In this document: positions 10,021-19,306 of the stretch, in pieces
Position numbering within the stretch: the first letter of the stretch is position 1
How the letters are laid out: the number at the start of each line of letters is the position of its first letter
From: an uncultured Alphaproteobacteria bacterium
GTDB taxonomy: Bacteria > Pseudomonadota > Alphaproteobacteria > Rs-D84
Assembly (NCBI GenBank): GCA_944389385.1
Contig: CALXMC010000004.1
Span: forward strand, 77,014 to 141,013
DNA length: 64,000 nt
Direction: 5' to 3'
Position numbers and translations under genes: made by a program
Notes under the pieces: generated by a model
Database searches by the model: none
Told to the model about the DNA's origin: nothing
What the model saw: only the letters and a program-made list of their open reading frames with translations

Positions 10021-10554
10021 ATGCCAAACAAAACGGTTAAAAAAACAACCGCAAAAACAACAGCGGCCAAGAAAACTGTGACTAAAAAAACGGCATCTGC
10101 CGCTAAACGTCCGGCGACCAAGCGCGTGACAAAACCTGTCGATGTAAAAGATGAAATTAAAATCGCTGCTGCGCCAAAATGCGCATGCGGTGCGGATTGC
10201 AAATGTGGTGAAAACTGCACATGTGGCGCAGATTGCAAATGCGCCCGCGAAGGTTCACGTTTTGGACGGTTTATGATTAAACTGATTATTGTTTTGATTG
10301 TGTTTGCGTTGGGGTTTGGTGCGGCAAAATTGTTGGACTGCAACGAATTCCGTGGGCCACGCGTTGATTTTGACAATGGTTGTTTGGATGTTTCATCTGT
10401 TAAATGTCCGCGTTTGCAATTGGCTTTGCCGGCGATGGATATAGACCAAGATGGATGTATCACACGTGAAGAATATCGTGCGGTTAAATCTGAAATGCAC
10501 CGTCAAATGCGCGCAGAACGCCGCGCCATGCGTGCACCCAATGGTGACAGATAA
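10021..10554 (+). CDS. hypothetical membrane protein: Lys/Ala/Thr-rich tail + CxC metallothionein-like repeat + TM + EF-hand-like loop
   Basis: RBS aaggaagg precedes the ATG. Motifs are KCACGADCKCGENCTCGADCKCA, the TM helix IKLIIVLIVFALGFGAA, and the Ca-binding-like loop DIDQDGCITREEY. Confidence 0.5.
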   Translation: MPNKTVKKTTAKTTAAKKTVTKKTASAAKRPATKRVTKPVDVKDEIKIAAAPKCACGADCKCGENCTCGADCKCAREGSRFGRFMIKLIIVLIVFALGFGAAKLLDCNEFRGPRVDFDNGCLDVSSVKCPRLQLALPAMDIDQDGCITREEYRAVKSEMHRQMRAERRAMRAPNGDR

Positions 10555-10570
10555 AAAAACATAATAAACA

Positions 10571-10598
10571 AAAAAATCCGCGAAATGCGGATTTTTTA
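10571..10598. terminator. bidirectional terminator between convergent genes
   Basis: aaaaaatccgc-gaaat-gcggatttttt has A- and T-runs on both sides. Confidence 0.6.
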
Positions 10599-10934
10599 TT
10601 TCTGGCGATTGGCCACACGATTACGTGCACGAAACATCGCATTAACCGCGCGTATCCATTGCGGAACGGCCCATTTTAACAAAGATACAGTTTCTTCATC
10701 AGACACGTATGTACGCATTTTATCGAATGTAAAAAACGGATTTTCATAATTCAATATGATATGATACGCTGAATTTTTAATCTCGTAAATTTTATAGAAC
10801 TGGAATAAATTTTTACGGACGCGAATATCGTCGTTTGCGTTTTGTAATACAAATTTTGCGCGATTGTAATCATTTTGTGTAATCATTTTATGAATCAGTT
10901 GGCGCTGCATATCAACATCTATTTTTTTATTCAT
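10596..10934 (-). CDS. hypothetical protein
   Basis: 112-aa ORF directly downstream of smpB in the same orientation. I recognise no family. Confidence 0.4.
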   Translation of the reverse strand: MNKKIDVDMQRQLIHKMITQNDYNRAKFVLQNANDDIRVRKNLFQFYKIYEIKNSAYHIILNYENPFFTFDKMRTYVSDEETVSLLKWAVPQWIRAVNAMFRARNRVANRQK

Positions 10935-10940
10935 ATTTAC

Positions 10941-11408
10941 TTACCCTTTTAATATACGTGCTTTGTTTTTATCCCATTCACGACGTTTAATCGTTTCGCG
11001 TTTATCAACCTTGTTTTTGCCATAACCGACGCCCAATAACACTTTCAATCGACCGCGATTATTAAAATACAGTTTCAATGGCACGATGGTTGCGCCACGT
11101 TCCTGTAATTTTCCAATCAGTCGATTTATCTGGGTGCGATGCAATAACAATTGGCGTGGGCGACGTTCGTCAAAATTGACTATGCGCGCGGCCGTGGGCA
11201 ATTTTTGAATTTCAATTCCCACCAAATACAGGTCGCGCCCGCGACGTTGCACGAATCCATCGACTATGGTCACCAAACCATATCGAATGGATTTGATTTC
11301 TGCGCCGGTTAATGAAATGCCCGCCTCGACAGTGTCTTCTATCGAGTAATTATATCGTGCTTTGCGATTTTCAGAAACCTGACCAAATTTTATTATTTGA
11401 CGTGACAT
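10941..11408 (-). CDS. smpB: SsrA-binding protein SmpB
   Basis: NRKARYNYSIEDTVEAGISLTGAEIKSIR...LLLHRTQI...KLYFNNRGRLKVLLGVGYGK is canonical SmpB. Confidence 0.9.
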   Translation of the reverse strand: MSRQIIKFGQVSENRKARYNYSIEDTVEAGISLTGAEIKSIRYGLVTIVDGFVQRRGRDLYLVGIEIQKLPTAARIVNFDERRPRQLLLHRTQINRLIGKLQERGATIVPLKLYFNNRGRLKVLLGVGYGKNKVDKRETIKRREWDKNKARILKG

Positions 11409-12151
11409 TTTGGATATAAATTCATTGTGTTTTGGTACAGTATAGATTCTAAATCCGCCAATTGCAAGCCGTGAATATCCGCCAACACGCGCGCAGTTTC
11501 AATCACAAACGCAGGTTCGCATGTTTTTCCGCGATATGGCACAGGCGCGCAATATGGACTGTCTGTTTCGATTACGATACGGTCGATTGGTATTTTGGAA
11601 AAAGTTTCGCGAATTTCAGCCGCGTTTTTGAATGTTAAAATGCCACTGGCTGAAAAATAAAATCCACGATCTAACATTTTTTTCGCCAAATCCCAAGAAC
11701 TGGTAAAACAGTGCATAACGCCACGTACATCGCCGGTTAAAATGGCGGCAGTATCTGATTCTGCATCACGGGTATGGATTGCCACAGGCAAATTGTGTTT
11801 TTTTGCCAACCCCAATTGTTGTTCGAATAATTTTATTTGCGCCGTGCGATTATCGTCACGTTCGTGATAATCCAATCCAATTTCACCAACACCAACAACG
11901 CGCGGATTTTCCAAGACTGTATCCGTCAAATATTGCGACGCATCCACCCCCGCATATTCAGGATGAATGCCAATTGTTGCGAAAATATTATCGTGTGTCT
12001 GGGCGATATTTATTGCGTCCTGTATATCATCTGGGTCGGCGGTGGGACAAATCATCATGCCGACACCGGCCGCCGCGGCGCGTGATATAACATCACTTAA
12101 ATCACCGGAAACATAGTTATCTGTTAAATGACAATGGGTATCTATAAACAT
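11393..12151 (-). CDS. tatD: TatD family metal-dependent hydrolase
   Basis: The MFIDTHCHL start, GEIGLDY, IHTRDA and IETDSPY motifs are present. Confidence 0.85.
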   Translation of the reverse strand: MFIDTHCHLTDNYVSGDLSDVISRAAAAGVGMMICPTADPDDIQDAINIAQTHDNIFATIGIHPEYAGVDASQYLTDTVLENPRVVGVGEIGLDYHERDDNRTAQIKLFEQQLGLAKKHNLPVAIHTRDAESDTAAILTGDVRGVMHCFTSSWDLAKKMLDRGFYFSASGILTFKNAAEIRETFSKIPIDRIVIETDSPYCAPVPYRGKTCEPAFVIETARVLADIHGLQLADLESILYQNTMNLYPKCHVK

Positions 12152-13062
12152 TTTTTTATTTGGGTAATTATTTTGAATATTGCAATTTCAGGTTCCAAAT
12201 TCACGCGCGCGATATTTGCAATTGCATGTGTCACAGATGGATACAAATCCGCCAATCCAAACGATGCGACCGCATCCAACAAAATCCCATGCAATGCGGA
12301 ATCAGACGCGATTTTTTTTGCGATTGCCATCACGTCACTACTGTTGCTGTGCGGATTTTTTATACAATCGATTAAATCTTCGTATATTGCGTCGCCACCA
12401 GTCGATTTCAAGTTTGCAATACGGCCAAAACTGCCGTTGGCCAGACGCAGCGTTTCGTCACTTATATCCGCGTCCATCATAAAAGTATCACACAACCGCC
12501 GCAATTCAGGCACAGACAACGGGCGCATTTTTTCAACACGTGCACGCGACCGCACGGTTGGTAAAACGGATGCCAACTGATGCACAACCAACAAAAACAA
12601 AGTCTTGGCGGGTGGTTCTTCCAATAATTTCAACATGGCGTTTTCAGCCGCCGTCGTTAATTCATCAACGGAATCTATTAACACAACGCGCCACTCGCCC
12701 GACATAGATGACATCTGCATTTTTTCAATCATTGCGCGCACTGTATACACCGATATATTTTTCGCGGTCGGTTTTGGCGCACCATCTTTGTCGATATTGT
12801 TGGATAAATCGACTATAAAAAAATCACCAACGTTGCCGTATACCATTTTGGCAATCTTGTACGCCATGGTGGCTTTACCAATTCCGCGCGGCCCCGCCAA
12901 CATCCAGACAGGATGTATCGGATGCTCATCGCGTCCATTCCACGCAGAAATAAAATCATTCATTACATCACCATGCCCAACCAAGACAACATCGTTGTCG
13001 ATTGGATTTGGAAACGAAAAAGATTTATTTGATTTACGCGGTGCCATGTTAATCCAAGCCAA
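12142..13062 (-). CDS. holB: DNA polymerase III subunit delta'
   Basis: LAGPRGIGKATMAYKIA (degenerate P-loop), AAENAMLKLLEEPP and SVLPTVRSRARV are typical of HolB. Confidence 0.75.
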   Translation of the reverse strand: MAWINMAPRKSNKSFSFPNPIDNDVVLVGHGDVMNDFISAWNGRDEHPIHPVWMLAGPRGIGKATMAYKIAKMVYGNVGDFFIVDLSNNIDKDGAPKPTAKNISVYTVRAMIEKMQMSSMSGEWRVVLIDSVDELTTAAENAMLKLLEEPPAKTLFLLVVHQLASVLPTVRSRARVEKMRPLSVPELRRLCDTFMMDADISDETLRLANGSFGRIANLKSTGGDAIYEDLIDCIKNPHSNSSDVMAIAKKIASDSALHGILLDAVASFGLADLYPSVTHAIANIARVNLEPEIAIFKIITQIKKCL

Positions 13063-14245
13063 ATATCACACGAATGTTTTTAATCAAACGACCAAACAAT
13101 ACAGACTTCTTAACAGTATTCTGTGCAACCAATGGTGCGCGCGCAATTTCGCGCCCGTTTTGGTATGCAATGATTTCGCCAACGTTGTCACCCGCCATAA
13201 CCGGCGCAGCCGCAGGATCGTTATATCGCGCAACAACGCGCACGCCATTTGTCCCGCTTGTTTTATCAACTGTTACAACAAATGGTTTTTCAACAGTTGC
13301 GACTACCTCGGCCTCGCGACCGTACCAAACTGGGATTTTTACGATATTATCGCCTGGGTTATAAAACGTATGATTCATGGTATTGGCATACCCGTATTCC
13401 AACAATTTTTTCATTTCAGCCGCCAAAGCATCGTGATTTTTACCGTTAAATCCATTTATAACACCAATCAAGCGACGCCCACCGATATTGGCACTGGCAA
13501 CCATGCCATAACCGCCATCGTCTGTGTGCCCAGTTTTTAATCCGTCCGCCCCCGGCATAATGAACAGTAATTTATTGTAACTGACCGTATGTGTCCGCCC
13601 CCATTCACGACACCAGTCACTTTGATATTCTTCAAATTGAAAACGCTTGGTTGCAAACAATGGATACAATTCAGGGTAATCAGAAATAATATGCGTTGCC
13701 AACGTTGCCAATTCACGACTGGTCATCAAATTGTTTGGGTTGGGCAAACCACTTGCATTACCAAAGGTTGATTTTGGCATACCGATTGAACGCGCTTTGT
13801 TTTGCATCATTTCAGTAAACGCCGACTCGGACCCCGCCAAGTTTTCGGCAACTACAACCGATGCGTCCCCCCCAGACAACACAATCAGTCCCAAAATTGC
13901 ATCGCGCACGGATAACGTCTGACCCGCGACCAAACAGATTTTACTGGCCGGATACCACATCGGATTTTCGTAATCGGCATTTTCAGATACAGTCAACCGA
14001 TCGTCCATTGTGAAATGCCCAGACTTAATTTCGTCAAACAATACCGCCAATGTCATCAGTTTAATCATAGACGACGGCGGCATCAGCGTATCGGCATTTT
14101 TTGCAACAATTTCCGCCCCAGAATTATAGTCTATTAAAAATGCAGATTTTGCGCGCGTAGAAAAATCCGCGTGCGCAGATGTTGTTATCAGTGTTAATAA
14201 CAGAATAAATATTTTCTTTTTCATGCCCCTGATAATAGCATCCAT
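13049..14245 (-). CDS. D-alanyl-D-alanine carboxypeptidase (PBP5/6 class, peptidase S11)
   Basis: Signal peptide. SxxK (SSMIKLMT) and KTG (LKTGHT) motifs, plus a C-terminal PBP5_C-like domain. Confidence 0.85.
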   Translation of the reverse strand: MDAIIRGMKKKIFILLLTLITTSAHADFSTRAKSAFLIDYNSGAEIVAKNADTLMPPSSMIKLMTLAVLFDEIKSGHFTMDDRLTVSENADYENPMWYPASKICLVAGQTLSVRDAILGLIVLSGGDASVVVAENLAGSESAFTEMMQNKARSIGMPKSTFGNASGLPNPNNLMTSRELATLATHIISDYPELYPLFATKRFQFEEYQSDWCREWGRTHTVSYNKLLFIMPGADGLKTGHTDDGGYGMVASANIGGRRLIGVINGFNGKNHDALAAEMKKLLEYGYANTMNHTFYNPGDNIVKIPVWYGREAEVVATVEKPFVVTVDKTSGTNGVRVVARYNDPAAAPVMAGDNVGEIIAYQNGREIARAPLVAQNTVKKSVLFGRLIKNIRVIFGLD

Positions 14246-14268
14246 AAATCATATTGCCAACAGATTTT

Positions 14269-15504
14269 TTACACCCGTTCACCAATATACATATCGTCCG
14301 CAATACCAACAATTTTTACATCGCAAATTGTGCGCGACGGAATTTTATCGCCCGATATTTTTACACTTATATCATGCGGAGTCCGTGCAAGGTTGTTTTC
14401 TTCCACCAATACAGGTACACATTGCCCCACTTGCAAGGCCATAAATTCACGTCTGATTGCATCTGCGACGGATGTAATCTCATGAACGCGCGCACGTGCA
14501 ATGGTGCGATTAACATTGTTTGGCATGTCGGCCGCAACAGTTCCTGGGCGCGCAGAAAATGGAAACGCATGAACTTTTATCGGACGGGTGTGGCGCACCA
14601 AGTCCATCGTTTCACGGAATAAATCATCTGTTTCACCGGGAAATCCGCAAATAATATCCCAACTGAATGTAATACGTGGGCCTGCATATTCCACAATTTT
14701 GCGTACCGAGTCCGATGTATGCCGCCGCCGCATCGCGCGCAGAATCGTATCAGACCCCGACTGCATTGACAAATGTATATGCGGCATCATACGCGAATCT
14801 TTGTGCATTAAATCGATTATTTTGAAAACTTGGGGTGACGCAGGATCAAATGAAGAAATGCGTAAACGCTGAATCCCAGGCACATCACGCAGCAGCCCCG
14901 CACATACATCTGATATCAGCATGCCGTTGCGGGCATAACTGGCGGTGTCAACACCAGTTAAAACAACCTCGGCAAAACCATTCGCAACGGCCGTGCGGGC
15001 ATCCGCCACAATATCGTCATAGGCAAACGACACCGCCGGTCCGCGTAACAGACGCGTCACGCAATATGTACATTCGTGATTACAACCGTTTTGAACCTGG
15101 ATATATTGTTTGGACAAATGCGTCGCATGATTTGTAAATTTTGTAATTTTGGGCGTATGAAAATCACATGGCGCAGTGGCAAGTGCGTCTGTGTATGCGG
15201 ACAAATTCATTTTATCATGATTGGGCACAACCAACGCGTTCGGAATCTGGAAAAACAAATCCGGATTACGTGTTGCCGCACACCCAGTCACAAAAATTGG
15301 GGCGTCTGGGTTTTCGCGTGCCAATTTACGGGCGGTCTGACCCGATTGGCGTTCGGCCTCGGCTGTGACGGCACAAGTATTTATAACAATCGCCGCATCC
15401 ATTATCGGCGCCAACATGGATTGAATCTTTTCAGACTCCAATGCGTTCAACCTGCAACCCAAAGATAATGTTTTTATGTTATTTTTTTTATTTTCTGCTT
15501 GCAT
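14269..15504 (-). CDS. mtaB: tRNA methylthiotransferase MtaB (radical SAM)
   Basis: N-terminal MTTase domain ([11 protein letters not shown]), radical SAM box GCNHECTYC and a TRAM-like C-terminus. ATG at 15504; an alternative GTG lies at 15513. Confidence 0.8.
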   Translation of the reverse strand: MQAENKKNNIKTLSLGCRLNALESEKIQSMLAPIMDAAIVINTCAVTAEAERQSGQTARKLARENPDAPIFVTGCAATRNPDLFFQIPNALVVPNHDKMNLSAYTDALATAPCDFHTPKITKFTNHATHLSKQYIQVQNGCNHECTYCVTRLLRGPAVSFAYDDIVADARTAVANGFAEVVLTGVDTASYARNGMLISDVCAGLLRDVPGIQRLRISSFDPASPQVFKIIDLMHKDSRMMPHIHLSMQSGSDTILRAMRRRHTSDSVRKIVEYAGPRITFSWDIICGFPGETDDLFRETMDLVRHTRPIKVHAFPFSARPGTVAADMPNNVNRTIARARVHEITSVADAIRREFMALQVGQCVPVLVEENNLARTPHDISVKISGDKIPSRTICDVKIVGIADDMYIGERV

Positions 15505-15564
15505 TTTTACCACTCTTGGGGCATTATATCGTGGCTAGAAAAGTTTTCAACAAAGGATTTTATA

Positions 15565-15978
15565 ATGGCCCGTATAACAAATTCAGATACTTTGCCATTT
15601 GTGGAAAGTCGCTATGAACTGGGGATGTTGGCATCCCAACGTGTTCGTGATTTGAACGGTGGTGCGGAACCAGTTGTGGACAAAGAAGACGATAAACCAA
15701 CCGTTGTCGCATTGCGTGAAATTGCAACCGGCAAATTGGATATTGAAAATCTGCGTCACGAATTTATCCAATCATACAAAGAAACACCGACCATTGCCGA
15801 AGATGAAGAGGCATTGGAAATCGTCAACGGCGAAGATCCTCAGTTGCGCGAAATCGATGCAGAATTGGAAAACGCTTTGTTGGACGAACCGGCGGGCGAA
15901 ACGCCTGGGGCCGCAGACGCTACTGATACAGAATCAGAAACGGACTCGGACGACGCAGCCGCAGAATCTGACGAATAA
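15565..15978 (+). CDS. rpoZ: DNA-directed RNA polymerase subunit omega (long acidic C-terminal tail)
   Basis: [36 protein letters not shown] is the RpoZ core. Start is the internal ATG at 15565. Confidence 0.85.
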   Translation: MARITNSDTLPFVESRYELGMLASQRVRDLNGGAEPVVDKEDDKPTVVALREIATGKLDIENLRHEFIQSYKETPTIAEDEEALEIVNGEDPQLREIDAELENALLDEPAGETPGAADATDTESETDSDDAAAESDE

Positions 15979-15994
15979 TACATTTTCGGTTACA

Positions 15995-16085
15995 GGAGAC
16001 GTCGCATAGTTGGTCTAGTGCGCTACATTGGAAATGTAGTATACCCGCAAGGGTATCAAGGGTTCGAATCCCTTCGTCTCCGCCA
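15995..16085 (+). tRNA. tRNA-Ser (anticodon GGA), class II with long variable arm, CCA encoded
   Basis: Folded by hand. Acceptor ggagacg/cgtctcc; 3-bp D stem gca/tgc; anticodon stem ctaca/tgtag with loop ttGGAaa; variable arm tatacccgcaagggtatc; T arm aaggg-ttcgaat-ccctt; discriminator g + cca. Confidence 0.9.
16067..16083 (+). repeat. attL-side direct repeat (inside tRNA-Ser 3' end)
   Basis: 17/17 identity with 42785-42801. Identity extends to 25 nt with 2 mismatches (…cgcCAggaata vs …cgcTGggaata). Confidence 0.8.
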
Positions 16086-16115
16086 GGAATACAAAAAATT
16101 CCAAAAATTTATATG

Positions 16116-16151
16116 AAGTCCCACAAACCAGTCGGTTTCTGGGACTTTTTT
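16116..16151 (+). terminator. terminator-like hairpin downstream of tRNA-Ser (island-borne)
   Basis: aagtcccacaaacc-agtc-ggtttctgggactt (one mismatch) followed by a T-run. Confidence 0.5.
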
Positions 16152-16259
16152 AGTGCGTTATTGCTCTGGTATGTCTTTACTTTTCCAAAATCCACCATTT
16201 TACCCACTATGACATACTTCGCCAAAAAATAGGGGGTCAAAAACAGAAGAAAAACATTG

Positions 16260-17843
16260 TTATAAGGAATATTGTTTAGAGTCATTTAAAAGATTTTTGT
16301 ATGTGCAAGTAATAGTGCCGTCAAGTATTTGATTCACTCTTTTCGGATTCATATAAGCAATATCAAGGTATTTGTAAATTGTGCGTGGTGTGGAACCAAC
16401 TTTCCTTGCAACCGTATCCACATCTCCGCATTCTTCGTACATTTCACGATATCGCCACGCAGTTGCAAACGCCTTGACAATAAGGTTGTTGTTTTCTGAT
16501 ACAGTTAAAATCGTATCGTTACCTTTGTTAAACCTGGTGTTTGCAAATGGGCGTAATATAACCGGAACTGTAATAATTACCTGATTCCCGGAAACTATGT
16601 AATCAACAGTATTCGTCGTGTTTTGATTTATATATTCGGCAGACATAAAACCAGCCAAGTTATCTGGATTAGTGTTCAAATAAAACGTAAGTTGATTTTT
16701 AGTGTAAATGATTCTGGTTACAAATGCGCCGATAAATTCTTTTTTGTGCGTGTAGTCCATATCACAGAAGTTTATAGATTTCAAAGCATTGGCATTTTGT
16801 GTCGGCAGATTTTTCATATCGCTGTTCAAAAAGTTGCATATAGTATCAATGCCAATCTTGTCCAGTTTTACTGCTGGTAAATAGAATCCCTTAATTGCGT
16901 AATAGAACAGGTTTTGATTGCTTCTTTGGTTGTAAAATCTTTCGCCAGATGCCGAAAACACTTTGTTTGAAAATATGTTGGGTGATGGGCTTGTCTTTTC
17001 ACGGGTGTTTTTTCTGGATTTTATGATTTCTTGGACTTGGTTAAACAACTCTTCTGATATAATCGGACTATGTTCACCACGAACAGCGGTACCCAGTTTC
17101 TTATGCGTAATTAGTCCGATATAGATTTTGTTGGTTAGAATTAAGTGCAAATTATACGGTTTTAACGGTCGCCCGCCCATAGGTTTATTTTTTATTGTAT
17201 ACCAGTGTTTTGTTGTTATGCCAATTCGTCTGGCATAAGTCGCCGTATCAACAAATGACTGCAACTCCAAATACTTTTCAAACAGTTGTTTTACTTGCTG
17301 GGCTTCTGCTTCGTTTATAACCAACTTTTTGTCTTTTATATCGTATCCTAATGGCGGATTACCACCCATCCATAAGCCCTTGGCTTTACTGGCACGTATT
17401 TTATCACGCACACGTTCACTGGCAACTTCCCGCTCAAACTGTGCAAATGACAGCAACATATTCAGGGTTAGCTTACCCATAGAAGTGCTGGTATCAAATG
17501 CTTGGGTAATGGATACAAAGTTGCAGCCGTATTTATCAAAATACTTCATCATATTGTGAAAATCCAAGATAGAACGGGATAATCGGTCAACCTTGTACAC
17601 AACAACAGTGTTTATCAACCCTTTGGATATATCTTCCAACATTTGCTTTAATGCGGGTCGGTCCATGGTTCCACCAGAAATCGCCGCATCAGTATAAGTG
17701 CGAACATATTCCCAATTATTAAATGCCTGGGACGCAATGTATGCTTTACAAGATTCTTCCTGATTTAATAGGGAATTAAACTCTTGTTCCAACCCATGTT
17801 CTGTTGACTTACGGACATAAACAGCACATTTATTCACCGACAT
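16260..17843 (-). CDS. large serine recombinase (resolvase/invertase N-domain + recombinase + zinc-ribbon-like C-terminal region)
   Basis: CAVYVRKSTEHGLEQEFNSL...SGGTMDRPALKQML...VVVYKVDRLSRS catalytic domain. A long C-terminal extension (~527 aa total) is typical of large serine recombinases. Start at ATG 17843 with RBS aaaggtg. Confidence 0.85.
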   Translation of the reverse strand: MSVNKCAVYVRKSTEHGLEQEFNSLLNQEESCKAYIASQAFNNWEYVRTYTDAAISGGTMDRPALKQMLEDISKGLINTVVVYKVDRLSRSILDFHNMMKYFDKYGCNFVSITQAFDTSTSMGKLTLNMLLSFAQFEREVASERVRDKIRASKAKGLWMGGNPPLGYDIKDKKLVINEAEAQQVKQLFEKYLELQSFVDTATYARRIGITTKHWYTIKNKPMGGRPLKPYNLHLILTNKIYIGLITHKKLGTAVRGEHSPIISEELFNQVQEIIKSRKNTREKTSPSPNIFSNKVFSASGERFYNQRSNQNLFYYAIKGFYLPAVKLDKIGIDTICNFLNSDMKNLPTQNANALKSINFCDMDYTHKKEFIGAFVTRIIYTKNQLTFYLNTNPDNLAGFMSAEYINQNTTNTVDYIVSGNQVIITVPVILRPFANTRFNKGNDTILTVSENNNLIVKAFATAWRYREMYEECGDVDTVARKVGSTPRTIYKYLDIAYMNPKRVNQILDGTITCTYKNLLNDSKQYSL

Positions 17844-17866
17844 TTTTTGCACCTTTTTGTTGTAGC

Positions 17867-17897
17867 AATTACTGCTTACAAACCACAGAAAGTCAAG
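17867..17897 (-). promoter_or_regulatory. paralogous promoter copy A (drives recombinase gene)
   Basis: Reverse strand reads cTTGACTttctgtggtttgtaagcAGTAATt, a -35/17-nt/-10 arrangement. It aligns with the copies at 19222-19252 and 20313-20341. Confidence 0.45.
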
Positions 17898-17954
17898 ATA
17901 TAAACCTTGTTTTTTGTTTGCAGTTTTCATATAATTTCCAAAGAGGGGAAGCAT

Positions 17955-18377
17955 ATGAAAACAGAACTTATACAAAAAAATACAATTTATATTATCACTT
18001 GGTCGTGTTTGTGTTTACTAGTTGTTATATGTATTGTGCGTGATATTACGACTGGTTTTTCTAGCGAATATATTTCATTGTATTTGGTACTAGGTTGGAT
18101 CCCTTTTTATGCCTTGTTTGATGCAATAAAGCAGGAAAAGAAAGATTCCGCTTGGAAAATAAAAATAGCCAAGGACGTTGAACAAGAGTTGGCAAAAACA
18201 AAAAAATCTAGGTTAGAAACACTTATAGAAATGAAAAGAAGTGTTGAGAAAGGCGAGTATGGGTATGGCTATGGATGTGATTATGAAGTAAAAAAATACA
18301 GAAATGATTTATTATTGCAAGTTTTAGAAGAGATGATTGAACTTGAGAGAAAGCATGATCTTATTGAAGATTTATAA
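17955..18377 (+). CDS. hypothetical membrane protein (2 TM + coiled-coil tail)
   Basis: RBS agaggggaag precedes ATG 17955. Two hydrophobic helices are followed by a charged helical C-terminus. Confidence 0.4.
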   Translation: MKTELIQKNTIYIITWSCLCLLVVICIVRDITTGFSSEYISLYLVLGWIPFYALFDAIKQEKKDSAWKIKIAKDVEQELAKTKKSRLETLIEMKRSVEKGEYGYGYGCDYEVKKYRNDLLLQVLEEMIELERKHDLIEDL

Positions 18378-18380
18378 AAA

Positions 18381-18818
18381 CTATTTATATTTTTTATCCA
18401 GTTCAAAAAAGTGTGGTCCTGATGTCTTGGCACCACAAATATCAGACGCAATTGCAGATAATGAACGATACTGCTTTCCGTTATATAAAAACGTATTGTC
18501 ATAATTGACCAGGACCTTGTGTTCTATATTCCGAAAGTGTCTGATGATAGTTGTGCCAGGTGCAATGTTATACCTGTGCTTTAATACACGATTTACGCAT
18601 TCGGTGGGGTTGTCTTTATATTTTTTGATTTTCTTGATGAACTTTGGCTCAATACGCAGGTTTAAGCGTTCGCATTGAATATAGTACCACAGTGGACGCA
18701 TTTGTCGCTTAAAAGGGTGGGGCGAATACCGTGCCCATAAACGCGCACGCTCATCTTGTGATAACGCTTTTAATTCTTCAAATGTTTTGGGTAAAATCTC
18801 TTTAACTTTCCGTTGCAT
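18381..18818 (-). CDS. DUF2924 domain protein (serine-recombinase-associated)
   Basis: C-terminal NGKQYRSLSAIASDICGAKTSGPHFFEL and N-terminal ...RARLWARYSPHPFKRQMRPLWYYIQCERL resemble the DUF2924 pattern (..YrSLSAiAraITGt.WsGprFFgL). Confidence 0.6.
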   Translation of the reverse strand: MQRKVKEILPKTFEELKALSQDERARLWARYSPHPFKRQMRPLWYYIQCERLNLRIEPKFIKKIKKYKDNPTECVNRVLKHRYNIAPGTTIIRHFRNIEHKVLVNYDNTFLYNGKQYRSLSAIASDICGAKTSGPHFFELDKKYK

Positions 18819-18987
18819 TATTGTTTCCTTTTTGTCGTAGCTGTTGCATAGCAATATCAATCAATGCCCGTAGAATACGCAAGTTGTGATACAGGTCTTT
18901 ATTGGTAATTACGGGCATACGCCCGAACGGATTGCCGGACTTACCAATGTGGAATCTGGTTGTTTTTGGCGGATTTTTATATGGCAT
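18802..18987 (-). CDS. small DUF5681-like phage-type protein
   Basis: PPKTTRFHIGKSGNPFGR resembles the DUF5681 motif (F.pGqSGNP.GRP). It is translationally coupled to both neighbours. Confidence 0.4.
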   Translation of the reverse strand: MPYKNPPKTTRFHIGKSGNPFGRMPVITNKDLYHNLRILRALIDIAMQQLRQKGNNNATES

Positions 18988-19181
18988 TATTCAACCTCAA
19001 ACAATTTCATAACAGTGACAAGCAGGTGTGGGTAATCTGCACTGGTGGCTTCGGTCAAGAATTCTGACCATTTATCTTCTAAACCAGCCAAGGCCAGAGC
19101 GTTTTTACACCGCGAAAGGATAGCAAAAGCATTACCGTCGCGATTTGTTAAATAAACCTTTATATCAGGATATTTAGGCAT
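18987..19181 (-). CDS. small phage-like protein of unknown function
   Basis: Strong RBS aaggag precedes ATG 19181. MPKYPDIKVYLTNRDGNAFAILSRCKNAL...EATSADYPHLL resembles a recurrent small prophage ORF family with a GNAFAI motif. Confidence 0.4.
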   Translation of the reverse strand: MPKYPDIKVYLTNRDGNAFAILSRCKNALALAGLEDKWSEFLTEATSADYPHLLVTVMKLFEVE

Positions 19182-19221
19182 ATTGGACTCCTTTGTTTTT
19201 ACTATGTTTTTAAGTTTGTCC

Positions 19222-19252
19222 AATTACTGCTTACCTTTCCCCGAAAGTCAAG
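19222..19252 (-). promoter_or_regulatory. paralogous promoter copy B
   Basis: Reverse strand reads cTTGACTttcggggaaaggtaagcAGTAATt, immediately upstream of the 19181 gene. Confidence 0.45.
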
Positions 19253-19306
19253 TTAAATAGATTTGTTTATTTATCTGTGATATAATCGGAATCAAAGGGA
19301 AATATT

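Noticed and set aside
9987-10463. 158-aa reverse-strand ORF overlapping the Cys-rich gene
   Set aside because: The + strand ORF has a strong RBS (aaggaagg) and a coherent domain layout. The reverse ORF is low-complexity (mirror of the Lys/Ala/Thr-rich region) and lacks an RBS.
12605-13540. 311-aa ORF on + strand
   Set aside because: It lies entirely antisense to holB and the DD-carboxypeptidase gene, both of which have clear family motifs. It has a low-complexity composition and no RBS, so it is a shadow ORF.
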